In this document: positions 1 through 8,823 of the stretch, piece by piece
Layout: the number at the start of each line of letters is the position of its first letter
Numbering within the stretch: position 1 is the first letter of the stretch
From: a virus
Reading direction: 5' to 3' (one strand)
Length of the DNA stretch: 64,000 nt
Virus record (IMG/VR): IMGVR_UViG_3300032579_000011
Span: 1-64,000 of that record
Translations under genes and position numbers: made by a program
The notes under the pieces: generated by a model
What the model was told of the DNA's origin: nothing
Databases searched by the model: none
The model's input: only the letters and a program-made list of their open reading frames with translations

Positions 1-102
1 CTTATTGATCCATTCGCGAATAAAGGCTCTTTCCGAGCGCGTGTATTTGAGAATGTCGGTGGCGAGATCTAGGAACGCGAGTTCCTTTTCGACGTTGATC
101 AT
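1..102 (-). CDS. Hypothetical early protein (runs off window edge)
   Basis: ATG at 102-100 preceded by AAGGGA; open frame MINVEKELAFLDL... to position 1; promoter upstream. Confidence 0.55.
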   Translation of the reverse strand, partial: MINVEKELAFLDLATDILKYTRSERAFIREWINK

Positions 103-130
103 TTCGTTTCCCTTATCAACCTTATAACCA

Positions 131-159
131 ATAATACCCTCATATGGTTTTAAAAACAA
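131..159 (-). promoter_or_regulatory. sigma70-type early promoter (TTGTTT-N17-TATTAT)
   Basis: Same TTG(TT/AC)TTTAAAA -35 block as the other early promoters; divergent from the promoter at 229. Confidence 0.65.
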
Positions 160-163
160 GCGG

Positions 164-219
164 CGTATTTCACTTAATTTTTACGTCAAATACCGTATTT
201 CACTTTTTTCTTCCGTCAA
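164..219. repeat. Two imperfect 26-bp direct repeats (CGTATTTCACTT-N8-CGTCAA), 30-bp period
   Basis: Copies at 164-189 and 194-219, between divergent promoters. Confidence 0.75.
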
Positions 220-228
220 TTGAGGCGC

Positions 229-257
229 TTGTTTTTAAAACTTTTCCGCGTTATAAT
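229..257 (+). promoter_or_regulatory. sigma70-type early promoter (TTGTTT-N17-TATAAT)
   Basis: Canonical spacing upstream of ORF 289. Confidence 0.7.
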
Positions 258-288
258 GATTTATAAGGTTGGTTGAAGGAGAACTAAA

Positions 289-567
289 ATGGCTAATGCG
301 CCTGCCGTCGAAAAGACTCTTGGCTACTTCATAGAGAAAACTTGTGGAAAAGTTTTTGATTACGCTGCTGCCGATGAGATGATTCTTTCTCCGCCTGCTC
401 ATGGCGGACGCAACGTAGTATTCCCACATAAGATTTATGTCGGCCCTCTTGGCGAGACGCGCTTGGCTCTTGTGAAAGGCAACGTTGCTCACGTAATCGT
501 TGATGAGCGTGATGATGGTTCTTGGTCTGTTGTGAAATGGGACATTGTTCGCCATCGCAAATTTTGA
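289..567 (+). CDS. Hypothetical early protein
   Basis: GAAGGAG RBS, own promoter. Confidence 0.75.
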   Translation: MANAPAVEKTLGYFIEKTCGKVFDYAAADEMILSPPAHGGRNVVFPHKIYVGPLGETRLALVKGNVAHVIVDERDDGSWSVVKWDIVRHRKF

Positions 568-569
568 AT

Positions 570-598
570 TTGTTTTTAAAACAAATCAGCGCTATAAT
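570..598 (+). promoter_or_regulatory. sigma70-type early promoter (TTGTTT-N17-TATAAT)
   Basis: Repeat of the motif at 229. Confidence 0.7.
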
Positions 599-629
599 GA
601 GTTATAAGTTGAAATGAAGGAGCAAACAA

Positions 630-923
630 ATGTCTGGTATCGAACTTATCCTCTCTGATAATCGTGGCGTCTATATCCCTCGCGATTTCGCTGAAATTGT
701 TAACGCTGGTAAGTCCTGGGAAGGTTATAATCCCTCGGATATTGAAACTCTTCTAGAGGGACCCGATGCGGAATGGTATTGGGAATCCTGGGATTCGGTG
801 AGGAATTCTATTTACTTTGTCGACAGCAAAGGTAATCGTTGGAACCTTTGGCAGGATGGTGATCTCTGGATGTATTGCGAAAAGCTCATGACCGACGAGG
901 AATATGAGAATTTCTTCGGCTAG
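630..923 (+). CDS. Hypothetical early protein (acidic, Trp-rich)
   Basis: AAGGAG RBS, own promoter. Confidence 0.75.
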   Translation: MSGIELILSDNRGVYIPRDFAEIVNAGKSWEGYNPSDIETLLEGPDAEWYWESWDSVRNSIYFVDSKGNRWNLWQDGDLWMYCEKLMTDEEYENFFG

Positions 924-927
924 CCGC

Positions 928-956
928 TTGACTTTTAAAAATAACTCCGGTATAAT
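928..956 (+). promoter_or_regulatory. sigma70-type promoter (TTGACT-N17-TATAAT)
   Basis: Near-consensus; the same motif recurs at 1876, 2729, 3741, 16020, 28812, 39480 and 43356. Confidence 0.8.
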
Positions 957-990
957 CAATATGTGGTCTGTGAAATAAAGGAAAACATGC

Positions 991-1296
991 ATGTTGGCTG
1001 GTTACGATTTCGTCGAAGCAATAAACGATAAGGTTGAGAGGTACGTTCAAAAGCTTGATCATGTCAAGGCTTCTGATCTTGGATTGGATTCAAGAGCTGG
1101 TTATTGTTTGTACGTTGATGAAGATCGTACAACAATTGTGGTTGACATAAGCAACGATCGTACTCTTCAGTATTACGGTGGTTTTGAGTATATCAATAAG
1201 GAATACCGACAAGAGCTTGGTGATTGGGTGTTCTATTTTGATGGTGATGAGCGAGTTTCTGATTGCTTCGCTCATCTTTCTGTTAACGAACAGTAG
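991..1296 (+). CDS. Hypothetical protein
   Basis: ORF track; AAGGA upstream. Confidence 0.7.
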   Translation: MLAGYDFVEAINDKVERYVQKLDHVKASDLGLDSRAGYCLYVDEDRTTIVVDISNDRTLQYYGGFEYINKEYRQELGDWVFYFDGDERVSDCFAHLSVNEQ

Positions 1297-1323
1297 GTCT
1301 ATAGCTAGGTCAGGAGATAGGTC

Positions 1324-1485
1324 ATGATAAGAACATGGCAAGATTTTGATGATAACAGCCCAAGTACTTGGGGTATGTGGTTTGGTTTGGAGTCTGTTGA
1401 CGGTCATATCGTAATGATAGTAGGACCATTTAAGACTAAACAAGAATGTTTGGATAAACTTCAACATCATGGAAATGAATCATGA
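1324..1485 (+). CDS. Small hypothetical protein (53 aa)
   Basis: AGGAGA RBS; open frame MIRTWQDFDDN... Confidence 0.55.
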   Translation: MIRTWQDFDDNSPSTWGMWFGLESVDGHIVMIVGPFKTKQECLDKLQHHGNES

Positions 1486-1649
1486 TCAATATTCAGCTGC
1501 AGCAAGGTACTGGTAATTGGGTAACCTATCAGACGACGCTGAACAATTCTATGTATATTGTCCAGGCAATGAAGCAATTGTCTTCAAGGTATCCTAATTA
1601 TCGTGTTCGCGCCGTTGATCAGAGCGGTCGAGTGGTTGATATTCTGTAG
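1482..1649 (+). CDS. Small hypothetical protein (55 aa)
   Basis: ATGA overlap with previous ORF; MINIQLQQGTGNW...RAVDQSGRVVDIL. Confidence 0.6.
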   Translation: MINIQLQQGTGNWVTYQTTLNNSMYIVQAMKQLSSRYPNYRVRAVDQSGRVVDIL

Positions 1650-1677
1650 GTAACAACGTAGGTCGGAGAGTAGGTCG

Positions 1678-1800
1678 ATGCATAAACATAATCCTATGGC
1701 CAAAGTTCTTGCTTCTGGCCTATATAAACAAAGGATCGTCAAGAGCAAAAAGGGAAAAGGCTCTTATACTAGAAAAGGTAAGAAGGATGAACAAGGATGA
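1678..1800 (+). CDS. arfA: ArfA-like alternative ribosome rescue factor (40 aa)
   Basis: MHKHNPMAKVLASGLYKQRIVKSKKGKGSYTRKGK resembles the ArfA core LFRQRVEKNKKGKGSYxRKGK; GGAGAG RBS. Confidence 0.7.
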   Translation: MHKHNPMAKVLASGLYKQRIVKSKKGKGSYTRKGKKDEQG

Positions 1801-1926
1801 CGTAAAGGCTCTTTTATATATCTTCTGGTTGCCTATTGTCATTTTTGTTTTTATTTTCTTTAGAGCATTTTTCGATTGACTTTAAAAAATGAATAAGGTA
1901 TCATTATAAAATAAAAGGAGTCTGAC

Positions 1927-2121
1927 ATGAAAGATAAACACAAGGTACTCTATACCGTCAAACATCTTGACGTTAATACACCTTCGCTTTATGGATTGAT
2001 TATCGAGCGTAAGTCTACGTTTGATAGCTTTCTTGAGGCGGTTGAGTTTGCACGTCAGATTCGTGGGACTTCAAAGAATGGCGTAACTGTTGTGGGAACA
2101 CCGACTGTGGTTCGAGCATAG
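1927..2121 (+). CDS. Hypothetical protein
   Basis: AAGGAG RBS; promoter at 1876-1904. Confidence 0.7.
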   Translation: MKDKHKVLYTVKHLDVNTPSLYGLIIERKSTFDSFLEAVEFARQIRGTSKNGVTVVGTPTVVRA

Positions 2122-2223
2122 CAGAAGAATAATGATCAAGCGTTATAATGTTCTGAGCAATCTTTGGGAAGTTGGTTACTGGTTGACCAATACTGAATTT
2201 CGTGTATTCTTGTTTGAGAGGGT

Positions 2224-2454
2224 TTGATAATGGACATTCTTGCGAGAGCTATTGTTGCTTGTGTTCCGTTCTTTGTTTACTATTTTGTTCATAAATTTAT
2301 ATATACTATTTTTTTAGATGAACAAGATAGAAAAGACCCCATGAATAACTTTTTTAGTTATGCTTTTGCGATTCCGGCAACTATGGTGATAATTTTTCTT
2401 ATGTTTCTAGGAATTTCGCTTTTTCACTGGGTTTTGTTCGGGGTCAATAAATGA
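2224..2454 (+). CDS. Small membrane protein (2 TM)
   Basis: Two hydrophobic segments. Confidence 0.6.
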   Translation: MIMDILARAIVACVPFFVYYFVHKFIYTIFLDEQDRKDPMNNFFSYAFAIPATMVIIFLMFLGISLFHWVLFGVNK

Positions 2455-2717
2455 AAAATATTCTTATCGCATCGGCAATTATTTTTGCCACTATTTCGCC
2501 TTCTTATGCTGGTCATCACTTTGGTCCAAGAGTTGGTCATCCGGTTGGTCGCCAATTTGATCGTCATTACGGTCGTAACATTGGTATCGGTGCCGGTCTA
2601 CTTGGCCTTGGTATCGTTGGGGCAATTATTCTTAATAACCAGCGACCGCCAGTCGAATGTCTGATCGGTTATGATCGCTTTGGTCGTCCTGTTTACGATC
2701 AGGAGTGTTTCGAGTGA
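2451..2717 (+). CDS. Secreted/membrane Gly-rich small protein
   Basis: Signal peptide ending SYA, then GIGAGLLGLGIVGAII glycine zipper. Confidence 0.65.
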   Translation: MKNILIASAIIFATISPSYAGHHFGPRVGHPVGRQFDRHYGRNIGIGAGLLGLGIVGAIILNNQRPPVECLIGYDRFGRPVYDQECFE

Positions 2718-2790
2718 TCTAATATCAGTTGACTTTAAAATGAACCCGAGCTATAATCTTATTATTGAAACTGTGAAAGAGAACTAAAAT

Positions 2791-3744
2791 ATGACTGACA
2801 AGATTGAGAAGCTTACGCCTGAGCAGGAAGCCATGATTCCTGTTATTCGTGACGAGTTTATCGCTTACGGATTGTCTACTGAACCCGCCGATTGGAAGAC
2901 TGCTGATGAAGGTCTGAACGACGCTTATGTTGTTGTCGGTCTTGATCCGCCGAAGATCATCTTCCATTTTGCTTCGCCTTACGAGGGCTGTATCGCTGCC
3001 AATGTTCTTAATGACAAGAAGTTCATGAAGAAGTATGGTAACCTTGAGCCCAAGGAATTTACCGAAGCTGTTAACGCCGAAGTTGAAGTTCTTAAAGAGA
3101 AGAAGACTGTTAAGAACTATATCCACGCTTCCGGTTATGGTCAGCATGACGCTGGTTGGATTTCTTTCTACAACTTCTTTGATCGTGTTTGTGGTCTTGA
3201 TTGTACGAAGAAGCTTGAGCCTCTGACTCGTGTTACCAAGTCCGCTGGTTGGTTTTGGGCGTATAAGGACATTGCTATCATCACTGATCGTCCTGAAATT
3301 CTCAAGCGTGACAACGAAAACCGTTTGCATTGTGAAGACGGTCCTTCGATCCGTTATCGTGATGGTTTCTCGGTCTATTGCTGGCATGGCGTTCACGTTC
3401 CTTCTGAATGGATTGAGGATAAGGCTAGCCTTACTCCGACGATTGCCATCAAGTGGGCCAACATCGAGCAGCGTCGTTGTGCGATGGAAATCCTTGGTTG
3501 GGCTAACGTTATTCGTCAGTTGAAGGGTAAGGTTATCGACAAGGACGGCGATCCTGAAATTGGCGAATTGATCGAGGTCAACATTCCGGACATTGGCAAA
3601 GAAAAGTTCCTTCATGTTCTTTGCGGCACCAAGCGTGAGTTTGCTCTTCCGGTTCCTCCGGAAATGAAGACTGCGCTTGAGGCACAAGCTTGGACTTGGG
3701 GAATGGATAAAAAGAGCTTTATTCCTCCGGAAATTCGTACTTGA
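2791..3744 (+). CDS. DUF6745-like protein
   Basis: YGQHDAGW, RLHCEDGPSIRYRDG, WHGV and ALPVPP...AQAWTW motifs. Confidence 0.7.
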   Translation: MTDKIEKLTPEQEAMIPVIRDEFIAYGLSTEPADWKTADEGLNDAYVVVGLDPPKIIFHFASPYEGCIAANVLNDKKFMKKYGNLEPKEFTEAVNAEVEVLKEKKTVKNYIHASGYGQHDAGWISFYNFFDRVCGLDCTKKLEPLTRVTKSAGWFWAYKDIAIITDRPEILKRDNENRLHCEDGPSIRYRDGFSVYCWHGVHVPSEWIEDKASLTPTIAIKWANIEQRRCAMEILGWANVIRQLKGKVIDKDGDPEIGELIEVNIPDIGKEKFLHVLCGTKREFALPVPPEMKTALEAQAWTWGMDKKSFIPPEIRT

Positions 3745-3798
3745 CTTTTAATCAAACTAAGTATATAATGTAAACGTACCTAAAAAGGAGAACTTATA

Positions 3799-4137
3799 AT
3801 GCGTACTTTTAAGAATGTTTGTGCTCAGGGTGATATCTACATTCGTCGTGTCGATTCCCTCCCTGCTGATGTGATCAAGGTTGATCCTGAAAACGGTAAG
3901 AACATTGTCACTCATTCCGAAACCGGCCACCATCACGTAATGGATGCTGATACGGTTACCATGTATCGTCTGCCTGATTCGATCATGGATTGCCTCTTGG
4001 TTGTCAATGAGCCTACTACTCTCGAACATCTTCGTTCGACTGACACTCATGAGCCTATTTTGTTCGATAAGGGAACTTATCATGTTCGTCGCCAGCGCGA
4101 GTATACTCCGGAGGGCTTCCGTCGCGTTGAAGACTAA
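3799..4137 (+). CDS. Conserved partner of DUF6745 protein
   Basis: QGDI...SETGHHH...RRQREY...VED pattern; AAGGAG RBS. Confidence 0.65.
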   Translation: MRTFKNVCAQGDIYIRRVDSLPADVIKVDPENGKNIVTHSETGHHHVMDADTVTMYRLPDSIMDCLLVVNEPTTLEHLRSTDTHEPILFDKGTYHVRRQREYTPEGFRRVED

Positions 4138-4162
4138 TTGATATGATATGAAAGGAAATTAA

Positions 4163-5368
4163 ATGTTTAATCGAGTTTTTGGTTCACTGGTTGTTTTGGC
4201 GTTTTATAGTTTCTTGACGAATCTCTATACTCCAATCGCCACTCTTGTAACTGGTCGAGTTGCTAGCAATCAGTTTGGTAATAGCGATATGGCATATCTA
4301 CAGACAGTTTACACGTTCTCGTTTTTTAGTGGTGTGAATGCATTGTTTAGTATTGCTCTTATTATTGTTTTGGTGGCTATCTGGTTCAAGCCAACAAAGA
4401 ATTTGATTACAGCTGCGATTAGCGCCTCTCTAGCCTTTATGGTGTTTACATATCAGTCTGATCGAGCATGGGCTTACGCTGATACGACTGATAAGACCGA
4501 AGCGTATACAATTCTTCCCAACCAGACAGCGTTTTGGGTTCCTGATGCCGGCGCCAATAAGGACAGTCAGGCTCAGTTTGAAAGTGAAGAGTATTATAAC
4601 GAACGTAAGATTGCTTCAAAGCGTTTCGTAATTCCTCACGCGAAGTTGGCCAACACAGGCGGTTATTATGGATGGGATTATTATGTTCCAACGGGTCGCT
4701 TGTATATTGTTGATCGTACTCCTTATTCTCATGAATGGGTTAAGTCGAGGGAACGTGGCAGCTCAAACACTGATCAGTCTTTTCCTTGTCAGTCCAAGGA
4801 AGGTTTGAATATTACTGCAGGCGTTAGTATTGCCGCCAGTGTTGCCGAGCAGGATGCAGCCAAGTTTCTTTATAACTTCGGTGTTCAGCAGCCAAAGGGC
4901 AATCCAAACGATCCACAGGTTATCTTTCAGAGCGTTTATTATGGTCGTAGCCTTTGGAGTGTAATGGACGATGTTGGTCGTAAGAAGGTTCAGACTCTGG
5001 TTTGTAACGAAATTGGTCGTCGTACTTTCGATAAAGCCAACGAAGATTATGTACCAATGATGGACGATATCGAGAAGAACGTTAGGGCATATTTCAAGAA
5101 CTTTGGTATCACTATCAACTTTATTGGTTGGGCCGATACTTTTGAATTTGACAGTGAAGTTCAGCGTACTGTCAATAACTTCTATGAAGCAGCCAAGCTT
5201 GGTCCGGTCATGGCAACTCTTCAGGCCACTGCACAGCTTGATGTTCAGCGTGGATTGGCAAGCGGTATGGATAAGCACGGTCTTCCTATGTTTGTCTCGC
5301 CGGGAATTATTGAGGGCTTGATTAACCTCGTACCAAAGGCCCCTGCTTCTCCGGTTCCTACAAAATAA
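4163..5368 (+). CDS. Membrane protein with SPFH/band-7-like domain
   Basis: N-terminal TM helices; SKEGLNITAGVSI and FGITINFIG segments. Confidence 0.55.
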   Translation: MFNRVFGSLVVLAFYSFLTNLYTPIATLVTGRVASNQFGNSDMAYLQTVYTFSFFSGVNALFSIALIIVLVAIWFKPTKNLITAAISASLAFMVFTYQSDRAWAYADTTDKTEAYTILPNQTAFWVPDAGANKDSQAQFESEEYYNERKIASKRFVIPHAKLANTGGYYGWDYYVPTGRLYIVDRTPYSHEWVKSRERGSSNTDQSFPCQSKEGLNITAGVSIAASVAEQDAAKFLYNFGVQQPKGNPNDPQVIFQSVYYGRSLWSVMDDVGRKKVQTLVCNEIGRRTFDKANEDYVPMMDDIEKNVRAYFKNFGITINFIGWADTFEFDSEVQRTVNNFYEAAKLGPVMATLQATAQLDVQRGLASGMDKHGLPMFVSPGIIEGLINLVPKAPASPVPTK

Positions 5369-5410
5369 TTTAGAATAAATAGTGGTAGTTCTTTTTAAAG
5401 GAGTACCACT

Positions 5411-6202
5411 ATGGTTACTAGAAATTACGGTTGGAAACAATCTAAACCAGACAGTAGAGACTTTAGACTTAAAACAGTTAATCCTGTTGTCTATAAGTCT
5501 CTACCTTCATCAGTCGATCTAAGACCTATTATTCCGGAAGTTTTGGATCAAGGCGAATTAGGTTCTTGTACTGCTCAGGCTTTAACAATGGCAAACAGAA
5601 TTGCAAGAATTAAACAGGGCTTACCTGATATGGAATTATCAAGGCTCTTTGTTTATTATAATGAAAGATTAATGGAAGGCACTGTTGATGAAGATGCTGG
5701 TGCTGAAATAAGAGACGGTGCTAAAGTATTAGGAACATATGGCGCTCCTATTGAAACTGATTGGCCTTATGTTGAAAGTAAGTTTAAAGATAAACCAACA
5801 GAACAATCTTATAAAGACGCTATACAAGATGAAGCAAGCCAATACATGACTGTTGAACAAACCGAAAATGAAATAAAGATGTGCCTTCATGAAGGTTATC
5901 CAGTTGTATTTGGTGCTAATATCTTTCAGGAATTTGAAGGAGACGAAGTGGCTAGAACGGGTATTGTACCAATGCCAACTCCTAACTCAAGATCGGCTGG
6001 CGGTCATGCTATTCTTATCGTTGGTTATGATGATAATACAAGAAAATTTACAGTTTTAAATAGTTGGTCCAAAGATTGGGGTGATAAAGGTTATTGTTAT
6101 TTTCCTTATGATTATATTACCGATCCAAATCTATGTTCAGACTTCTGGACCATAAGAACAATTGCTCCTGTTAATCCGGATCGTAAAGTTATAATTCCTT
6201 AA
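5411..6202 (+). CDS. Papain-like (C1A) cysteine peptidase
   Basis: DQGELGSCTA, GGHAILIVGYD and LNSWSKDWG catalytic motifs. Confidence 0.9.
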   Translation: MVTRNYGWKQSKPDSRDFRLKTVNPVVYKSLPSSVDLRPIIPEVLDQGELGSCTAQALTMANRIARIKQGLPDMELSRLFVYYNERLMEGTVDEDAGAEIRDGAKVLGTYGAPIETDWPYVESKFKDKPTEQSYKDAIQDEASQYMTVEQTENEIKMCLHEGYPVVFGANIFQEFEGDEVARTGIVPMPTPNSRSAGGHAILIVGYDDNTRKFTVLNSWSKDWGDKGYCYFPYDYITDPNLCSDFWTIRTIAPVNPDRKVIIP

Positions 6203-6216
6203 GAAAGGTTTTTGTT

Positions 6217-6795
6217 ATGAAAGTGAATATTGGTCCTTATAAAAATTTTTGGGGTCCTTATCAGATCGTGGACCTTCTTAAATATGTTGGAGTGTCGGCG
6301 CAGAAATGCGACGATATAGGCGATTGGTTGGCCGAAACTTGGGTTAATAAGTTTTTAAACCAAATTTATTCAAAAAGAAAACGTAAGATCAAGATACGTA
6401 TCGACGATTATGATATTTGGAATGCTGATCATACTATGGCTTTGATCATTCATCCCATTCTTGTTAATATTCGTGATAATAAACATAGTTCTGGATTTGT
6501 TGATGATGAAGATGTTCCGGAGAATCTTCGCTCAACCGCAGCGAAACCACACGTTCCGCTAGCGGAACCAATAGAAAACGAATCGGATTTTGATGATTTA
6601 TATCATCGGCGTTGGGAATGGGTTGTTGATGAAATGATTTATGCATTTTCAACTGTTCTTGATGAAGATTTCTGTGATCAGTATTATGATCACGAAACTA
6701 ATTTCTTTAATAAAGAAAAATACGAAGAGTTAAATAATCGCGCCAACAATGGCTTTAGGCTCTTCGGTAAATATTACGGAGGTCTTTGGACTTGA
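6217..6795 (+). CDS. Conserved hypothetical phage protein
   Basis: ORF track; GFRLFGKYY C-terminus. Confidence 0.7.
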   Translation: MKVNIGPYKNFWGPYQIVDLLKYVGVSAQKCDDIGDWLAETWVNKFLNQIYSKRKRKIKIRIDDYDIWNADHTMALIIHPILVNIRDNKHSSGFVDDEDVPENLRSTAAKPHVPLAEPIENESDFDDLYHRRWEWVVDEMIYAFSTVLDEDFCDQYYDHETNFFNKEKYEELNNRANNGFRLFGKYYGGLWT

Positions 6796-6998
6796 GTGAC
6801 AACAAGTTAATCGAAGTTCCTGAATACGTTGTAACGAAAGCCGCTGAATATTCAGGAGCTAATAGTTCATTTCAAAGAATGTTGGCTACATCTGAAGAGT
6901 ATAGAGCAGCCAATCTTACACCTATGTTCCTTTATGATTATGATAAGATGCTTCTTTATTGTTTTTGTAAGGAAACATATGGAAAAAAGTTGCATTGA
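6786..6998 (+). CDS. Hypothetical protein
   Basis: ORF track, coupled to upstream gene. Confidence 0.55.
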   Translation: MDLSDNKLIEVPEYVVTKAAEYSGANSSFQRMLATSEEYRAANLTPMFLYDYDKMLLYCFCKETYGKKLH

Positions 6999-7002
6999 TG
7001 GG

Positions 7003-7029
7003 TTGAAAATTCATTAATGTAACCTATAT
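7003..7029 (+). promoter_or_regulatory. RpoH (sigma32)-type promoter TTGAA-N15-CCTATAT
   Basis: Matches the rhizobial RpoH consensus, directly upstream of hsp20. Confidence 0.65.
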
Positions 7030-7033
7030 AATA

Positions 7034-7090
7034 TGTGGATGCTGAGAGGGTCCATAAAAATTTAATCTTGCTGAAAAGGAGAAAAATATG
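7034..7090 (+). promoter_or_regulatory. ROSE-like RNA thermometer
   Basis: 5' hairpin 7034-7056, then TCTTGCT-GAAA-AGGAGA hairpin (UUGCU pairing the SD with a bulged G). Confidence 0.65.
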
Positions 7091-7528
7091 ACTAACCCAT
7101 GGACTAATTTTAAATTCGTTGATATGGACAAATATTTTGTAGGTTCTGATCGTCTTTTTGACACACTACAAAAGGTTCATAAGGATATTGCGAATACAAT
7201 ATCAACAAGTTATCCCCCATACAACATTAAGAAACTTTCAGAAAAAAAGTACGAAATTGAAATCGCTGTTGCTGGTTTCCCTGAAAGTGCACTAAGTGTT
7301 ACTCTTGAAGACAATCAGCTTATTGTCAAAGGTAAATTGAACCAAGATGATAAGAAAACCGATGATTATCTTTACAAGGGCATTTCCGAAAAGCCTTTTG
7401 AACGTAAGTTTACGTTGAACGACAACGTTACTGTTAATAATGCAAAGTATATTAACGGTATGCTTCAAATTACATTGGACGCAATGATTGAAGCAAAGAA
7501 ACTTATGAATATTCCAATCGAAAAATGA
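7088..7528 (+). CDS. Small heat shock protein (Hsp20/IbpA family)
   Basis: YPPYNI, IAVAGF, YLYKGIS...FERKFTL and NGMLQI motifs. Confidence 0.92.
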   Translation: MTNPWTNFKFVDMDKYFVGSDRLFDTLQKVHKDIANTISTSYPPYNIKKLSEKKYEIEIAVAGFPESALSVTLEDNQLIVKGKLNQDDKKTDDYLYKGISEKPFERKFTLNDNVTVNNAKYINGMLQITLDAMIEAKKLMNIPIEK

Positions 7529-7550
7529 TTGAATATTACATATTACTTCT

Positions 7551-7577
7551 GGGAGGGTGGCAAACCCTCCCTTTTTT
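7551..7577 (+). terminator. Rho-independent terminator
   Basis: GGGAGGGT-GGCAA-ACCCTCCC followed by T6. Confidence 0.85.
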
Positions 7578-7596
7578 GCGTTTGAAAGGAAAACAA

Positions 7597-7770
7597 ATGT
7601 TCTATAATTATTTTAATTACATAGTAGAAAACTTATTAAAGATAGTAAGATTTAATAGAGCCATATCTGAACTTAATAATCTATCTGATAGAGAATTGGC
7701 TGATATGGGTATCAATAGATACGAAATTTATCATATCGTTCATAAATCAATGATGAAGGAAAGTGAATAA
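7597..7770 (+). CDS. DUF1127 (YjiS-like) small protein
   Basis: ELNNLSDRELADMGINRYEI; AAAGGA RBS before ATG 7597. Confidence 0.8.
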   Translation: MFYNYFNYIVENLLKIVRFNRAISELNNLSDRELADMGINRYEIYHIVHKSMMKESE

Positions 7771-7800
7771 ATACTCTTAGATTTTTACTAGGAGATTGTT

Positions 7801-8304
7801 ATGTCATTTTACACCGATGTTATCAAAAAAGATCCAAGATTTAATTCTACAGCCATAATTAAAGATATTTCTTTACTTGAACCCGGAACTAGAGTTGCTG
7901 TTGCTAAACTTATAGTTTTAGCACACGAAGCCGGTCACGAATTAAGAGTTGGCGAAACGTTTAGATCACAAGCCAGACAGGGAGAATGTTATAGAAATGG
8001 CGCAACACAACTTAAAAAGGTGGGTTGTCACGGATATGGTGTGGCCGTTGATCTACAATTGCTTATTAATGGTAAATTTGATCCTAATGGCGAACATTAT
8101 ACATTTCTTCAACAAATGTGTCGTAAGGTTGGATTAATTTCTGGGTTTGATTGGGGAACACCCGCCGAACATCATTCATTTCATGATTGGGACCACGTAC
8201 AACGTATTCCTGTATTTCGTCAGAATGCATTGTTTGCTGGTACTTGGTATCCTGATAAGAATTACGATCCTTACGCAGATCAAGTTGCTCATGGAATTAA
8301 ATAA
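7801..8304 (+). CDS. M15-family peptidoglycan peptidase
   Basis: ETFRSQARQ, HGYGVAVD and DWDHVQ zinc motifs. Confidence 0.8.
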   Translation: MSFYTDVIKKDPRFNSTAIIKDISLLEPGTRVAVAKLIVLAHEAGHELRVGETFRSQARQGECYRNGATQLKKVGCHGYGVAVDLQLLINGKFDPNGEHYTFLQQMCRKVGLISGFDWGTPAEHHSFHDWDHVQRIPVFRQNALFAGTWYPDKNYDPYADQVAHGIK

Positions 8305-8750
8305 TGTCAAAATATTATTACGATAACGCCAAACAAATATATCAATTCTGGCTTTCAGTTGGTCTAACTAAACCACAAGCTTGTGGAATGTTGGCTCAAG
8401 CTGATGCGGAAAGTTCACTAAATCCATCGGCAGTTGGTGATAAAGGTAAAGCCTTTGGACTTCATCAATTACATGCTGATAGATGCGAATTAATTAAAAA
8501 AGGTTGTGGTATTGATATTACTAAATTGCCTTCTTTGGAAGATCAATTGAATGGTGTCTGGTGGGAATTACAACATTCAGAACATCGCGCGTTGGTAGAA
8601 ATTAAAACAGCAACAACTCCATATGATGCTGGTGCTATTGCATGTAAATATTACGAAAGACCCGCTTCCGCTACACAACAACAGTATAGAGGAAAAAAAG
8701 CGCAAAATTGGTTTTTCTATTTTAATACAGAAGTAAAACAAGAAGCTTGA
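8304..8750 (+). CDS. Phage tail-type lysozyme domain protein
   Basis: AESSLNP, GKAFGLHQ and YYERP motifs. Confidence 0.75.
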   Translation: MSKYYYDNAKQIYQFWLSVGLTKPQACGMLAQADAESSLNPSAVGDKGKAFGLHQLHADRCELIKKGCGIDITKLPSLEDQLNGVWWELQHSEHRALVEIKTATTPYDAGAIACKYYERPASATQQQYRGKKAQNWFFYFNTEVKQEA

Positions 8751-8823
8751 CTAATACATAATCTATAGTATACTATATTATTAGCATCTGTGGGCTAATT
8801 TTGGCCGGATTGCAAAAGGAGAT

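Noticed and set aside
2725-3687. 320-aa antisense ORF and similar shadow ORFs (4763-5440, 23979-24473, 61546-61980)
   Set aside because: They mirror well-supported genes on the opposite strand and lack RBS or motifs.
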